Positions 9,186 through 19,192 are shown, counted from the first letter of the stretch. The stretch is 50,555 bases of DNA from Promethearchaeota archaeon (GCA_008080735.1 SHMW01000023.1:1-50555); one strand, 5' to 3'. Made by a program: numbers and translations. The notes: generated from the sequence alone by a model not told the origin.

Positions 9186-10276
9186 TCCGTATTTTCTTTC
9201 TTAAAAGGAATATAAATATCATCTAAGATCGACCCAGATGATTCTTTAATCTTCATGTTTTCTATAATAGGAGAATATTTACCTCCCAATAACCCATTTG
9301 CGATAAACGCTGCGCCTTGAGCAGCTCTTTTTGCGATTTGACTATAAGAATTCATTAATCTTACAGGAGCCACATCCGATAAGGATTTAATTACCTTTTC
9401 CTTTAAATAGGGAATTTCCGCACCCCTCCCTGCAAGTAAAATCTCTTTTATTTTGTTTTTTGCAGAAAAAGAGGAGGAAATTCCAAATACTGCCTTTTTC
9501 ACGCTTGAGAGATAGGCTTTAAATGCTTTTTTCGTTTGTTGATCTTTTTCTGCTAAGATGGTAATTTCCTTTAGACTTAAATCACTATACCCAGAAATAT
9601 AGGCCACACCACCTTTATATATATTTTTTTTCTCAATATGTTTAATTAAATAGGCTAATTCTCCATCTAAACTTCCACACGCTCGAAAGCCCATAATATT
9701 AGAACCCCCAATACCATCTACGATTTGCCCATTCTCGATGGCGAGTACGGCTGTAAAGCCATAACCAATTTCCACCATAATAAAATTGGTTTCAGATGGA
9801 GGAAGGCTAAATTTTTCGCATTGATCTTTAATACCCGTAACAGAGGTACAGAGCTTATCTGCAGTGCCCATATCTATTTTATTGATTTTGTAATATTCTG
9901 GAACTGTAGATAAATGTTTTACCCCAGGCACGATCACTCCAGGAATATCTATATTTTTCAGTAAGCGTAAAATTTCACCAAGTCCTACCAATTTATTTTT
10001 CTCCTCAGCCTTAAATTTCAATAAAGTTAGAAAAAGATCTCGTTCAGTCAATTCCTTTACTTTCTTTAAGGGCAACCCGAAGCCAGAAGGGGCTGTAAAA
10101 AGGTCGATTGTTTCTCTTTGATTTAAAGACTCGATTATATTTAATACTTTTATCGGCTCTCGCATCAAATCTTTTGTCGGAAGCGAGAGATCTAATATAA
10201 TATTATCTCCCTTAATTCCAAGAAAATCCCAACTTTTCGAACCAGGATCAATACCTAAAACAGTTTTCTTTTCCAT
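9182..10276 (-). CDS. DUF1464 family ASKHA-fold (acetate/butyrate kinase-like) protein
   Basis: GIDPGSKSWD, APSGFGLP, PGVKHL.TVP...K.NKIDMGTADK, VEIGYGFTA, IVDGIGG, G.LDGELAYL, AAQGAAFIANGL.GG; overlaps downstream gene by 4 nt. Confidence 0.85.
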   Translation of the reverse strand: MEKKTVLGIDPGSKSWDFLGIKGDNIILDLSLPTKDLMREPIKVLNIIESLNQRETIDLFTAPSGFGLPLKKVKELTERDLFLTLLKFKAEEKNKLVGLGEILRLLKNIDIPGVIVPGVKHLSTVPEYYKINKIDMGTADKLCTSVTGIKDQCEKFSLPPSETNFIMVEIGYGFTAVLAIENGQIVDGIGGSNIMGFRACGSLDGELAYLIKHIEKKNIYKGGVAYISGYSDLSLKEITILAEKDQQTKKAFKAYLSSVKKAVFGISSSFSAKNKIKEILLAGRGAEIPYLKEKVIKSLSDVAPVRLMNSYSQIAKRAAQGAAFIANGLLGGKYSPIIENMKIKESSGSILDDIYIPFKKENTE

Positions 10277-10466
10277 CTTAGTTGAATAAAAGAGTTATTT
10301 TATTCTTAAGAACTCTATAGGTGACTAACAGTTAGAATTGGTAAAATCATATCTCAATCAATTTCATTCATTCTATATTCATTTAGTTTCTTATTTACAA
10401 TAATAAAGGATTGATTATAATAATATAACAATTTTCTAATAAATAGATAAAAAGGATGAGAAGATT

Positions 10467-11396
10467 CTATTTCCTGCCTAGAGCTACAATCATCCCTTTA
10501 TAATCAAAAATCTCATTATTTGTAAATCCAGTTCTTTCTAAATCTTTAAGAATCTCTTCTTTTGAAAAGATCAAGTTGGAAATAGATTCTCTATAGATTT
10601 GAAGGATCTCATCAGCTGCTATGTCTTTTGTAAGAGGGAATGGGGCTTTTGCTACCAATACAATCATTCCGTCATCTCTTAAAAGCCTATATAATTCAGT
10701 CAAAAGCTCAAAGCGATTCATATCATAAAAATGAGGTGTTTTCTTATAATTTGGGATAGCTACCATCTCAATCATGTTATCGGGCACAAATACTTTCTTA
10801 TTATGAATCTCTGGTAAATGGACATCTTCGAGATCTGTTTTTGAATAATCCTCGTAATTCTGTTTCTTAGAGAGCACAAAAACTTCATCGGCAAGTGGTT
10901 TGAACCAATTAACGAGTCTTAAATGAATGTATTCAGAGATCCAAACCCCCATCAGGTTATCTAAATGAGTTTTTTTCGTTCGTTTGATAATTTCATTAGT
11001 TAATTCTTCATCAAATTTGACAAAATCGGGTATCACTGTTGAATCCATGAAAAATTGGAGCAGACTTTTAATCACGCTTTTTGCTAATGGTGTTGGTTCG
11101 ACCGTATCTATACGACCTTTATGATTTAGATTAAATTTAACTAATCCTCGCTTTTCTAAATTGGATAAATTATTGTAAAAGCTGGAAGTTGAGAGATCTG
11201 AGCTATTGAGCTCCTTTTTTTTAACATATTTAAGTAATCGGGTCTCATATTCCTCTAATTCCTTTATAGGGATATTATCTAAATCTAGCTTTCTTGATTG
11301 AATTAACTCATTCACGATAACATATAGAGTATAGCGTACGATTGGCCTTCCATATTCGAGCAACGAATTAAGTGTGATAATTTCAACTAATGACAA
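10467..11396 (-). CDS. Winged-HTH regulator fused to a degenerate methyltransferase-like domain
   Basis: SSFYNNLSNLEKRGLVKF (wHTH helix and wing); C-terminal ELYRLLRDDGMIVLV...LERTGF as in class I MTase folds; no GxGxG seen. Confidence 0.6.
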   Translation of the reverse strand: MSLVEIITLNSLLEYGRPIVRYTLYVIVNELIQSRKLDLDNIPIKELEEYETRLLKYVKKKELNSSDLSTSSFYNNLSNLEKRGLVKFNLNHKGRIDTVEPTPLAKSVIKSLLQFFMDSTVIPDFVKFDEELTNEIIKRTKKTHLDNLMGVWISEYIHLRLVNWFKPLADEVFVLSKKQNYEDYSKTDLEDVHLPEIHNKKVFVPDNMIEMVAIPNYKKTPHFYDMNRFELLTELYRLLRDDGMIVLVAKAPFPLTKDIAADEILQIYRESISNLIFSKEEILKDLERTGFTNNEIFDYKGMIVALGRK

Positions 11397-11774
11397 ATTG
11401 ATAAGGTTCCCAATTCGGAGTTTATTAACTAATATTAGATCTTCAGAAATAAGGTTTCACCCAAATTTGTAATCTATTTGATTTCTATCTGTAATATATC
11501 AAAAATAATGCTTCAAACATATATAAAATCTTCTTTTTTTCGAATACTTCAGTAATAGTATGAGTTCTCATAATTTCCATAATTGAAAACATACCCCATA
11601 TCACGCGAAAATGAATAAAATAGTATTCTATAAGAAATCAATAAGATTTTTTCTACCTAAGATTGTGTAATTTGAGATCATAAAGCGTATAATCATAGTT
11701 TTCAAATCTGAAAAAGGAGACACAATAGACAGAAAATATTTAAACGATACCAAACGTTTTTATATCTGCAGAAG

Positions 11775-11816
11775 AAATAAAATTGACATTCGTTATATTT
11801 GATATCAATTTTATTT
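11775..11816. promoter_or_regulatory. Inverted repeat, putative operator of the GRE operon
   Basis: AAATAAAATTGA-N18-TCAATTTTATTT (perfect 12-bp arms) just downstream of TATA-like TTTTTATAT (about 11757-11765). Confidence 0.55.
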
Positions 11817-11890
11817 TAATAGTACTGATGTTTTCTTTAAAGTGGAAAATCAAAGTTTAATTTTCACAACCTATTGAGGTTATTAAAAAA

Positions 11891-14380
11891 ATGAGTAATG
11901 CACAATCTGATTCTGGAAAGGATAAATTTGACATCGCGAGACCTCATGATCTTCTACCTCGCTCTGCATGGCTACGGGAATATTATTTTAAAGGAGCTGA
12001 GCGTGAATGGAATAATGAATACATGGCATTTACAACGGGTGTAGAATGGGATATTGTATGGGAGGAAATGAATTATTATGTGGCGCCTGAAGTCATTATG
12101 TATATTGGCGTAGACGGGAAAGGCGTGTTTGAAACTTCACTCAGATCCATCGCTGAGCGAGTAGAGCTCCCGGAAAATTTTTGGGATCTTTCGCTACCTG
12201 AAAGAAAAATCGAATTTTTTGAAAGAGTTATGCTTGATTATATCCCCCAAGAGATTATTTCCGACAATGATTTAATCGCGGGAGGGAGGTTTAATACACA
12301 ATTGAGCAATTGCTTAAATGAAAAGGAGACGAAACAATATTGGAAAGAAATCCTAAGAAATCGTCATGAATATTTAAAATTCCATTACGCTGGATTTGGG
12401 AACGTAGGTGCCACTGGAGGTCATTTAATTCCTGACCTTGAGGGTGTTGTTAAAAGAGGATTCAAATATTATCATCAAAAAGCTAAAGATACCTACAAGA
12501 GATTGACCGATAAGGAAAAAAAGGGCGCAAAAGGGCAAGAACTTCGTGCTATAATAAATGCTACATTAATACCTAAAAAACTTGCTGCTAAATATGCTGA
12601 AGAATGTCGGAATTTAAAAAAGGACGCATCACCAGAGAGAGCAGAAGAACTAGAGCAAATGGCTCGGAATTTAGAAAGGGTTCCTTGGGAACCAGCCGAA
12701 ACGTTTTGGCAAGGAGTGCAAGCCATATGGTTGACTCATATGCTAATAATGGCTGAAGAGTCATATCCAGGCCCAGGTGTATCATTTGGTAGAACGGATC
12801 AACATCTTTGGGAACTCTACAAAAAAGATGTGCTAGATGAGAAAAATATCACAAAGAATTTTGCCAAAGAAATACTTGGAAGCTTCTGGTTTCATTGCAA
12901 TACTGCCTATGATGCACAGATACGCGTTGGCAGGCAGGGAATCACATCTGCTTTTGGACAACTTATGACATTATCTGGATGTGGTCCAAACGGAGAGGAT
13001 TTAACCAACGACTTAACTTATACGATCTTAGAGGTGATTGACGAGTGGTCTCCGATTTTAGAACCAAAACCCAATATAAGATTACACAGAAATTCTCCAA
13101 ATAAGCTTTTAGATATTTTAATTGAAATGATTTCAAGATCGCAAGGTTCACCATTTCTAATTAATTTTGACGAAAGAAGCATAGCGGGGATGATAGGAGA
13201 AGGGATACCCGAGAATGAGGCGTGGGATTATGCGTGTGTAGGTTGCCTTGAGAATACCATGCAGGGCAACGATCGATCTGGTACGGTTAATTGTAATCCC
13301 AATTTAGCAAAAAGCATCGAATTAACTCTATGGAACGGTGAAATAATGCCTGAAAACGGGAAAAAGCCATGGTCGAAAGAAGGAGAGCGATTTGGTCCAA
13401 AGACAGGAGGTCCTGAACAATTTAAAACTTGGGAGGAATTCTGGGAGGCTTGGAAAGCTCAAATAGAGTTTATCATCCAGTATGTCGTTAGAGTAAATAA
13501 TTTAACAGAAGAAACGAGAGGAAGATTTTTGCCTACACCCTATTTATCATCTATTGTAAAAGGATGTATTGAAAAAGGGATTGATATAAGAAACGGTGGA
13601 CCGGAATTACGCTTTGTTACAATCGAAGGCGTCTCTTTTGCGACTGTTGTTGATTCATTGTTGGCAATTAAACATTTTGTTTATGATGAGGGGAAATATA
13701 CAATTGAACAGATAAAAGAAGCGTTGTTGCATAATTTTGAAGGAGAATATGCTGTAATGCAGACGATTTTAAAAAATAAAGCACCTAAATATGGAAACGA
13801 TAGGGATAAAGCTGATGAGTTAGCAAGGAAAGTGATGAAAGTTTGGTCAGATGAAACGTGGAAATATACAACTCCTACTAATTTTCAATACAGACCTGGG
13901 ATGCTTTCATGGAATTATTGGGCAGGTGAGGCAGCAGCCTTGACCCCCGCTACTCCAGATGGAAGGAAGGCAGGAACCTATTTATCAAATGCGATATGTC
14001 CTACAGATGGAGTTGATACAAAAGGGCCAACAGCAGTCACTAATTCCGTTGGAAAAGCACTCGGTGGCAAAACAGAGGATGGTCAATATATAAATTACCT
14101 TCCAAATGGAGCCAGCCATACCATCACCTTCAATCCGAGCATACTTAGAGATGCCGAGCATCGAGACAAATTCAGGTCGTATCTAAGGGGTTATATAGAA
14201 AATGGGGGAACATGTTTACAGATAAATATGTTAGATTCTGAAATGTTAAAAGACGCGCAAAAACACCCTGAGAATTACGAGAATTTGTTAGTGAGAGTGA
14301 CCGGTTATAATGCTTACTTTAATGCCATAGGGAAAGAGCTTCAGGATGAGATAATAGCAAGAGAATCACATAAAATGTAG
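11891..14380 (+). CDS. Glycyl radical enzyme of unknown substrate (PFL-like superfamily)
   Basis: C-terminal LLVRVTGYNAYF glycyl loop, YACVGCLEN thiyl loop, SFGRTDQ, PKYGND, ATPDGRKAG, LQINM. Confidence 0.95.
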   Translation: MSNAQSDSGKDKFDIARPHDLLPRSAWLREYYFKGAEREWNNEYMAFTTGVEWDIVWEEMNYYVAPEVIMYIGVDGKGVFETSLRSIAERVELPENFWDLSLPERKIEFFERVMLDYIPQEIISDNDLIAGGRFNTQLSNCLNEKETKQYWKEILRNRHEYLKFHYAGFGNVGATGGHLIPDLEGVVKRGFKYYHQKAKDTYKRLTDKEKKGAKGQELRAIINATLIPKKLAAKYAEECRNLKKDASPERAEELEQMARNLERVPWEPAETFWQGVQAIWLTHMLIMAEESYPGPGVSFGRTDQHLWELYKKDVLDEKNITKNFAKEILGSFWFHCNTAYDAQIRVGRQGITSAFGQLMTLSGCGPNGEDLTNDLTYTILEVIDEWSPILEPKPNIRLHRNSPNKLLDILIEMISRSQGSPFLINFDERSIAGMIGEGIPENEAWDYACVGCLENTMQGNDRSGTVNCNPNLAKSIELTLWNGEIMPENGKKPWSKEGERFGPKTGGPEQFKTWEEFWEAWKAQIEFIIQYVVRVNNLTEETRGRFLPTPYLSSIVKGCIEKGIDIRNGGPELRFVTIEGVSFATVVDSLLAIKHFVYDEGKYTIEQIKEALLHNFEGEYAVMQTILKNKAPKYGNDRDKADELARKVMKVWSDETWKYTTPTNFQYRPGMLSWNYWAGEAAALTPATPDGRKAGTYLSNAICPTDGVDTKGPTAVTNSVGKALGGKTEDGQYINYLPNGASHTITFNPSILRDAEHRDKFRSYLRGYIENGGTCLQINMLDSEMLKDAQKHPENYENLLVRVTGYNAYFNAIGKELQDEIIARESHKM

Positions 14381-14396
14381 ATAGGCATAATAAGGG

Positions 14397-15416
14397 ATGG
14401 AATTAATGACAGAAGATACAAATAATAAGGCTCTTGTCTTTGAAATACAGAAAATGTCAACGGAAGATGGACCAGGAATAAGAACAACAGTGTTCCTTAA
14501 ACATTGTCCCTTAAAATGTATATGGTGCCATAATCCGGAGTCTATAGAAAAAAAGTCCGTGCTTGAATGGTTAAAACATAAATGCATAGGATGTAAAATA
14601 TGTATAGATACATGTAAACAATCAGCCCTATATTTCGATGAACATGGATTACATATTGATCGGAATAAATGTATAAGTTGCGGAGAATGCGTTGAGGAAT
14701 GCCCCAGTACTGCGCTTCATATGTTTGGCACATGGTGGGAATTAGAAGATTTATTTCATGAAGTCAATAAAGACAGAGTGTATTATCTCAAATCTGGAGG
14801 TGGGGTCACCGTGTCTGGTGGAGAACCAACCTTGCAATCTGGATTTGTTATAAATTTTCTAAAAAAATGTAAAGAAAATGCAATCTCAACCGCTTTAGAT
14901 ACTTGCGGATATGCATCTAAAAAAGTCTATGAGAACCTTTTACCGTACGTTGATCTTATTCTTTTAGATATAAAAGAAATCGATTCCGAAAAGCATAAAA
15001 AATTTACGGGGGTGTCCAATGAAAAAATACTGGAAAATGCCAAATGGATTGCGCAATATGCAAAAAATAATGGGAAGAGATTATGGATTAGGACCCCTTT
15101 AATCCCAAAATATACCGCGACAGAAGCGAATATTAAGGGAATAGGTGAATTTATTATCAATGAATTGGATAATTTTCCCGAACGATGGGATCTGCTTTCA
15201 TTTAATAATCTTTGCATAGACAAATACAAACGACTTGATCTGGATTGGGAATTGAAGGAAATAAATCTTATGAGAAGAGCAGAGATAGAAAAATTGTATA
15301 GTATTGCGAAAGACACTGGAGTAAAGAATGTTCAATGGTCTGGACTCACTAAAAATGAAGAGAATTCTGGAAATTCAGTGAGTCAGGCAAATAAAACGAA
15401 ATTACCATCCTGTTAA
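14397..15416 (+). CDS. Glycyl-radical activating enzyme with 2x[4Fe-4S] insert
   Basis: EDGPGIRTTVFLKHCPLKCIWCHNPES, CIGCKICIDTC, CISCGECVEECP, GVTVSGGEP, DTCG. Confidence 0.95.
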   Translation: MELMTEDTNNKALVFEIQKMSTEDGPGIRTTVFLKHCPLKCIWCHNPESIEKKSVLEWLKHKCIGCKICIDTCKQSALYFDEHGLHIDRNKCISCGECVEECPSTALHMFGTWWELEDLFHEVNKDRVYYLKSGGGVTVSGGEPTLQSGFVINFLKKCKENAISTALDTCGYASKKVYENLLPYVDLILLDIKEIDSEKHKKFTGVSNEKILENAKWIAQYAKNNGKRLWIRTPLIPKYTATEANIKGIGEFIINELDNFPERWDLLSFNNLCIDKYKRLDLDWELKEINLMRRAEIEKLYSIAKDTGVKNVQWSGLTKNEENSGNSVSQANKTKLPSC

Positions 15417-15452
15417 ATAAAAAAAATCTATAATGTTAATAGAGGTTGAAAA

Positions 15453-16343
15453 ATGAGTAAAAAAGAGAAAGAATTAGAATGGTCCTCAGAATTGTCCGAA
15501 AAAGCCTTACATTTTACACAACCAGATGTTATGCTGAAGCTAGTTTCTACTATTGATGATCGAGGATGGCCCCATATCACGATGATTACGAGTAATAGAG
15601 CGATAAGCAAAAAAGAAATTGCGTGGGGAGCTTTTACTGAGGGGACAAGCAAGGAAAACGTGAATAATAATCCGAAACAAGGAATATTGTATATGACCGC
15701 GGATATGCCATTTAAATTTCTTCAAGTGAAAGCCAAATACGATTATCTCAAAAAGGAAGGGGAAGAGCTGGAACACTTCAATAAATCGGAATTAATGAGA
15801 TATTTTACGTATGTGCGAGTCCATACCGCATACTACAATGACGTTATTGCTGCCCGACCGGTACGAGATTTACCCCTTTTAGGAATCGTAGGAGGGATCA
15901 TCAAAGATATAATCGGAAAAGGAGCTCTGAAAACAAGATTATCAGAAAAAAGATTAAACCCTCTTGGATACCAACTATTTAGGGCACCTATCGCAGTGAG
16001 AGCAATAAGTTATCTTGATCCCGAAGATGGATATCCAGTAATTATCCCGCATATCCCTCTCCAAGCAGCAGATCATAATAGATTAGTGTTCCCACTTTCT
16101 GGGCTGAAGGAAGATCTATACGCAATCCCAGACGGTGTTAAAGTGGCTGTATTTTGCATGAACTTTGATTATGCGAATCAAGTCGTTAAAGGAACATACA
16201 CCGGTATCGAGAGACACAGATTAATTAAATTTGGGATAATTGAAATAGAAGAGATCTATAATAGTTGTCCGCCCGTCACGGGTGTCATATACCCAGAAGA
16301 GCGTAAATATAGGCGACCAAAAGTGACCAATTTTCATCTATAA
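15453..16343 (+). CDS. Pyridoxamine 5'-phosphate oxidase-like split-barrel protein, apparently two tandem barrels
   Basis: KLVSTIDDRGWPHIT...SKENVNNNPK and a second copy RAISYLDPEDGYPVIIP. Confidence 0.65.
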   Translation: MSKKEKELEWSSELSEKALHFTQPDVMLKLVSTIDDRGWPHITMITSNRAISKKEIAWGAFTEGTSKENVNNNPKQGILYMTADMPFKFLQVKAKYDYLKKEGEELEHFNKSELMRYFTYVRVHTAYYNDVIAARPVRDLPLLGIVGGIIKDIIGKGALKTRLSEKRLNPLGYQLFRAPIAVRAISYLDPEDGYPVIIPHIPLQAADHNRLVFPLSGLKEDLYAIPDGVKVAVFCMNFDYANQVVKGTYTGIERHRLIKFGIIEIEEIYNSCPPVTGVIYPEERKYRRPKVTNFHL

Positions 16344-16390
16344 CTTTTTTTTTGATTTTTTTTCAAATCTTTTTAGTGCATTTTTGATTC
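16344..16390 (+). terminator. Oligo-T terminator
   Basis: T9/T8 runs directly after the stop of the GRE operon. Confidence 0.55.
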
Positions 16391-16469
16391 CTCCATTGAG
16401 AGCTACTGAGATTAAATTTAGCTAAAATCATTTTGACTTTTGAAAATTATAGCAGAGAATTATAGTGAT

Positions 16470-17834
16470 TTACGAATTATATGGAAGTATTTCTGGTTCT
16501 TCTTTTTCAATATGGTTTATAAACCATAACAATCTCTCTTTTAAAATTTTTTTAATATCCATATGTTCTCTTAATTTGATTAGATTTTCTTGTTCATAAG
16601 GATCGGTTTCAAGGTCATAGAGATACTCTTCTTTGTAGGTATTACTTTTTGAATATAAAAAACCGTTCTTTTTTGGAGCAGAGACGGAAAATTTCCATTT
16701 CTTAGTTCTTATTGCTCTTCCAATCTGAGATTCACTTATTTGGATGAAAATTTCATTTGACCAGTTTTGAGACTTATCATTCAACAGATTATGTAAATTC
16801 CGCCCCTCCATATAATCGGGAATTTTTATATTAGCAGAAGCGAGAATCGTTGGGGGAAGATCAATTAAACTTACCAATTCATCAACAATCTTTCCATTTT
16901 TAAATACATCTCCTTTTATGATTAGCGGAATGTGGATAGAGGATTCATGACAACTCCGTTTATATTCTCGATTCCGTGTTTTAAAATGACACCCGTGATC
17001 GCTGGTATAGAATATAATCGTATTTTTATCTATTTCTAAGTCTTTAAGCATTTTATTAATACGACCGAAATTTTTATCGATGCTATGGCAACATCCAAGG
17101 TAATCGGGATAATATTTTTCCCAATCTCCTTTATTACCTTTTAAATCACCAGGGATTTCATAATCGCTGAATTTTTCTTTGGAATAGTTCGGACCTACGA
17201 AACTTTTATAATCATTTTGTTGATGAGGTTCAAGGTAAGAAAGAAAGAGGAAAAAAGGACGGCTCTTTTCAACGTTCTCTAAATATTCTAAAGCAAAATC
17301 CGTTATTGCATCTACCCTATATTTATTAAATTCTCTTTTTTTCATATCTTTATCAAATAAATGGCCCTCATAGGGATGAGAGGTAAACTCAAGTAAATCT
17401 GAAGCTAACCAATAATCTTTATACCCACCTCTTCTCTCTTTGGGTATGGGTTTTGTCCTGTAATCAGCCTCCGGACCAATATCTTCATGTGAAGGTAAGC
17501 CATTACTAGCGAGATGCCATTTCCCAATATATCCGACAGAATAGCCATTTTCAGAGAAAATGTGAGCAATTGTCTTCATATTGGTTGGTAAGGCAATACC
17601 ATTTCGATAGCATCCAGTTTGAGTTGCATATAAGCCTGTTTGAAGGCATGAGCGTGCAGGTCCACACACTGGTTGGCAGGAAAATGCATTAGTAAATTGA
17701 ACTCCCGCCTCTGCTAAGGCATCCAAATTTGGGGTCACATTTAAAGACTGTCCATAACAACCCATCGTATCGAATCTTTGTTGATCGGTGAATATAAAAA
17801 GAATATTTGGGGTATCCATAGTTAAAAATTGCAT
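16470..17834 (-). CDS. Cys-type sulfatase (formylglycine-dependent family)
   Basis: PNILFIFTDQQR, CGPAR (CxPxR) then LQTG, GKWHL, EPH, SDHG, YLYDLETDPYEQENL; no signal peptide seen. Confidence 0.93.
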   Translation of the reverse strand: MQFLTMDTPNILFIFTDQQRFDTMGCYGQSLNVTPNLDALAEAGVQFTNAFSCQPVCGPARSCLQTGLYATQTGCYRNGIALPTNMKTIAHIFSENGYSVGYIGKWHLASNGLPSHEDIGPEADYRTKPIPKERRGGYKDYWLASDLLEFTSHPYEGHLFDKDMKKREFNKYRVDAITDFALEYLENVEKSRPFFLFLSYLEPHQQNDYKSFVGPNYSKEKFSDYEIPGDLKGNKGDWEKYYPDYLGCCHSIDKNFGRINKMLKDLEIDKNTIIFYTSDHGCHFKTRNREYKRSCHESSIHIPLIIKGDVFKNGKIVDELVSLIDLPPTILASANIKIPDYMEGRNLHNLLNDKSQNWSNEIFIQISESQIGRAIRTKKWKFSVSAPKKNGFLYSKSNTYKEEYLYDLETDPYEQENLIKLREHMDIKKILKERLLWFINHIEKEEPEILPYNS

Positions 17835-18009
17835 GTGTTTCGATATAAGCTTTTAGTTATTTATTTATGATATAGATGATTGAGATTTTTTCTTGGTTTT
17901 GATTATTTAGAGAGGGAAATCTATCATATCATTTTTTTTTACTGATAAACATTATTACTAATATAGTTTAAAAAACTAACTCATCATTATCAGAAAGAGG
18001 AATAAAAAC

Positions 18010-18771
18010 ATGGATAGCGGTAAAAAAGGAGGGATGGATAATTTCTGTTTGAAAAAAAATTATTTATATGAAATTTTAGCTACAACTTTTTTTTGGGATG
18101 ATTTTTCAAAAAAGAATGTCTATAATACTTCTTGTATGGGTATACAAGTTTTAAGCAATGATTCAATCACAATCAAACCTTATCCAACCACTCAAACCTA
18201 TAAAAATCTCGAAAAGAACGGTTTTATAATCCTAAATTTCGTTGATAATATCTATTATTATGCTTTAGCAGCATTAAAATCACCCCAATCAAATAGAAAT
18301 ATCAAAAAATTTCCCAAAAGGTATTATTCTTTTAAGAAAGATCAAACACTACATTCTATTCTACAATTTTACTCAGATAAATTGAAAGGTGGGATAAATC
18401 AAATACCCTATATAAAAAATGCTTGGGGAATAATTATAGGTTTCGTGGTTGATTCGGAACTTATAGCGAAAAAAAGCGATTTGGGAACAACTCAATTAAC
18501 CCAATTCATAATTAAACCGATCTTATCAGAGTTATTAAGAAAATCATATCATTTATATAATAGAGCAGAAAATTTAGCGTTAGAGATGATAATTTTAGCA
18601 ACTCGATTAAAGGTTGCGTTTGAACGAGGGGATAAAAAAGTAATTCATTCAATTAAAAAAAAAATAGCGAATTACGAAAGTGATATTAACCGATTCAGTC
18701 AAAATAAGCAAGTTTTTAAAACTATAGAAGTGATAAAGGATTACTGCTCCCAATTTATACAAATCTTTTAA
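18010..18771 (+). CDS. DUF447-like protein (flavin-binding split barrel plus helical C-domain)
   Basis: YLYEILATT, NTSCMGI, T.TYKNL..NGFIILNFVDNIYYYALAAL, NRAENLALE.IILATR; start may be ATG 18034. Confidence 0.75.
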   Translation: MDSGKKGGMDNFCLKKNYLYEILATTFFWDDFSKKNVYNTSCMGIQVLSNDSITIKPYPTTQTYKNLEKNGFIILNFVDNIYYYALAALKSPQSNRNIKKFPKRYYSFKKDQTLHSILQFYSDKLKGGINQIPYIKNAWGIIIGFVVDSELIAKKSDLGTTQLTQFIIKPILSELLRKSYHLYNRAENLALEMIILATRLKVAFERGDKKVIHSIKKKIANYESDINRFSQNKQVFKTIEVIKDYCSQFIQIF

Positions 18772-18797
18772 GATTAGGTGGTGAAATTTGAACTTCT

Positions 18798-19187
18798 TTA
18801 AATCTGAACGATCTTCTCAATAAACATTAGTGGATATTCTAACTCTTTAACCCAGTCAATTTTAGCAGTGACTTCTACATTCTCAAAATTTATAATAATT
18901 TTTGCTCGAATAATCCTCCCCGTTATTTCGTCGTAATCAAATTCATGATATTTTTCCCCACGAATCAAATGCCGATCTAGTTGAATATTCACTTCCTTTA
19001 CATATGGTTGGCAGGATATACTCTTTTCAATCCCTTTCTCAATAGCCTTAAGAACTTTCTCATCAGTAGAAATAGGAATTCCACATAATATATGATAGAG
19101 AGCGCCAAGTTTTATTCCCGTCTCAAAACAGGCTCGTTCTTTTATACTTAAATCTGATGAAAAATAAATTTTACTTTTATCAACCAT
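18798..19187 (-). CDS. mptD: Archaeal dihydroneopterin aldolase
   Basis: ERACFETGIKLGALYH..CG.P, IEKSISCQPY, ELEYPLMFI. Confidence 0.9.
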   Translation of the reverse strand: MVDKSKIYFSSDLSIKERACFETGIKLGALYHILCGIPISTDEKVLKAIEKGIEKSISCQPYVKEVNIQLDRHLIRGEKYHEFDYDEITGRIIRAKIIINFENVEVTAKIDWVKELEYPLMFIEKIVQI

Positions 19188-19192
19188 GATTC

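Noticed and set aside
11891-14380. Calling the GRE pyruvate formate-lyase or choline TMA-lyase
   Set aside because: No adjacent Cys-Cys pair of PFL, activase has a ferredoxin insert unlike PflA, and the Cys loop and gene context do not match CutC.
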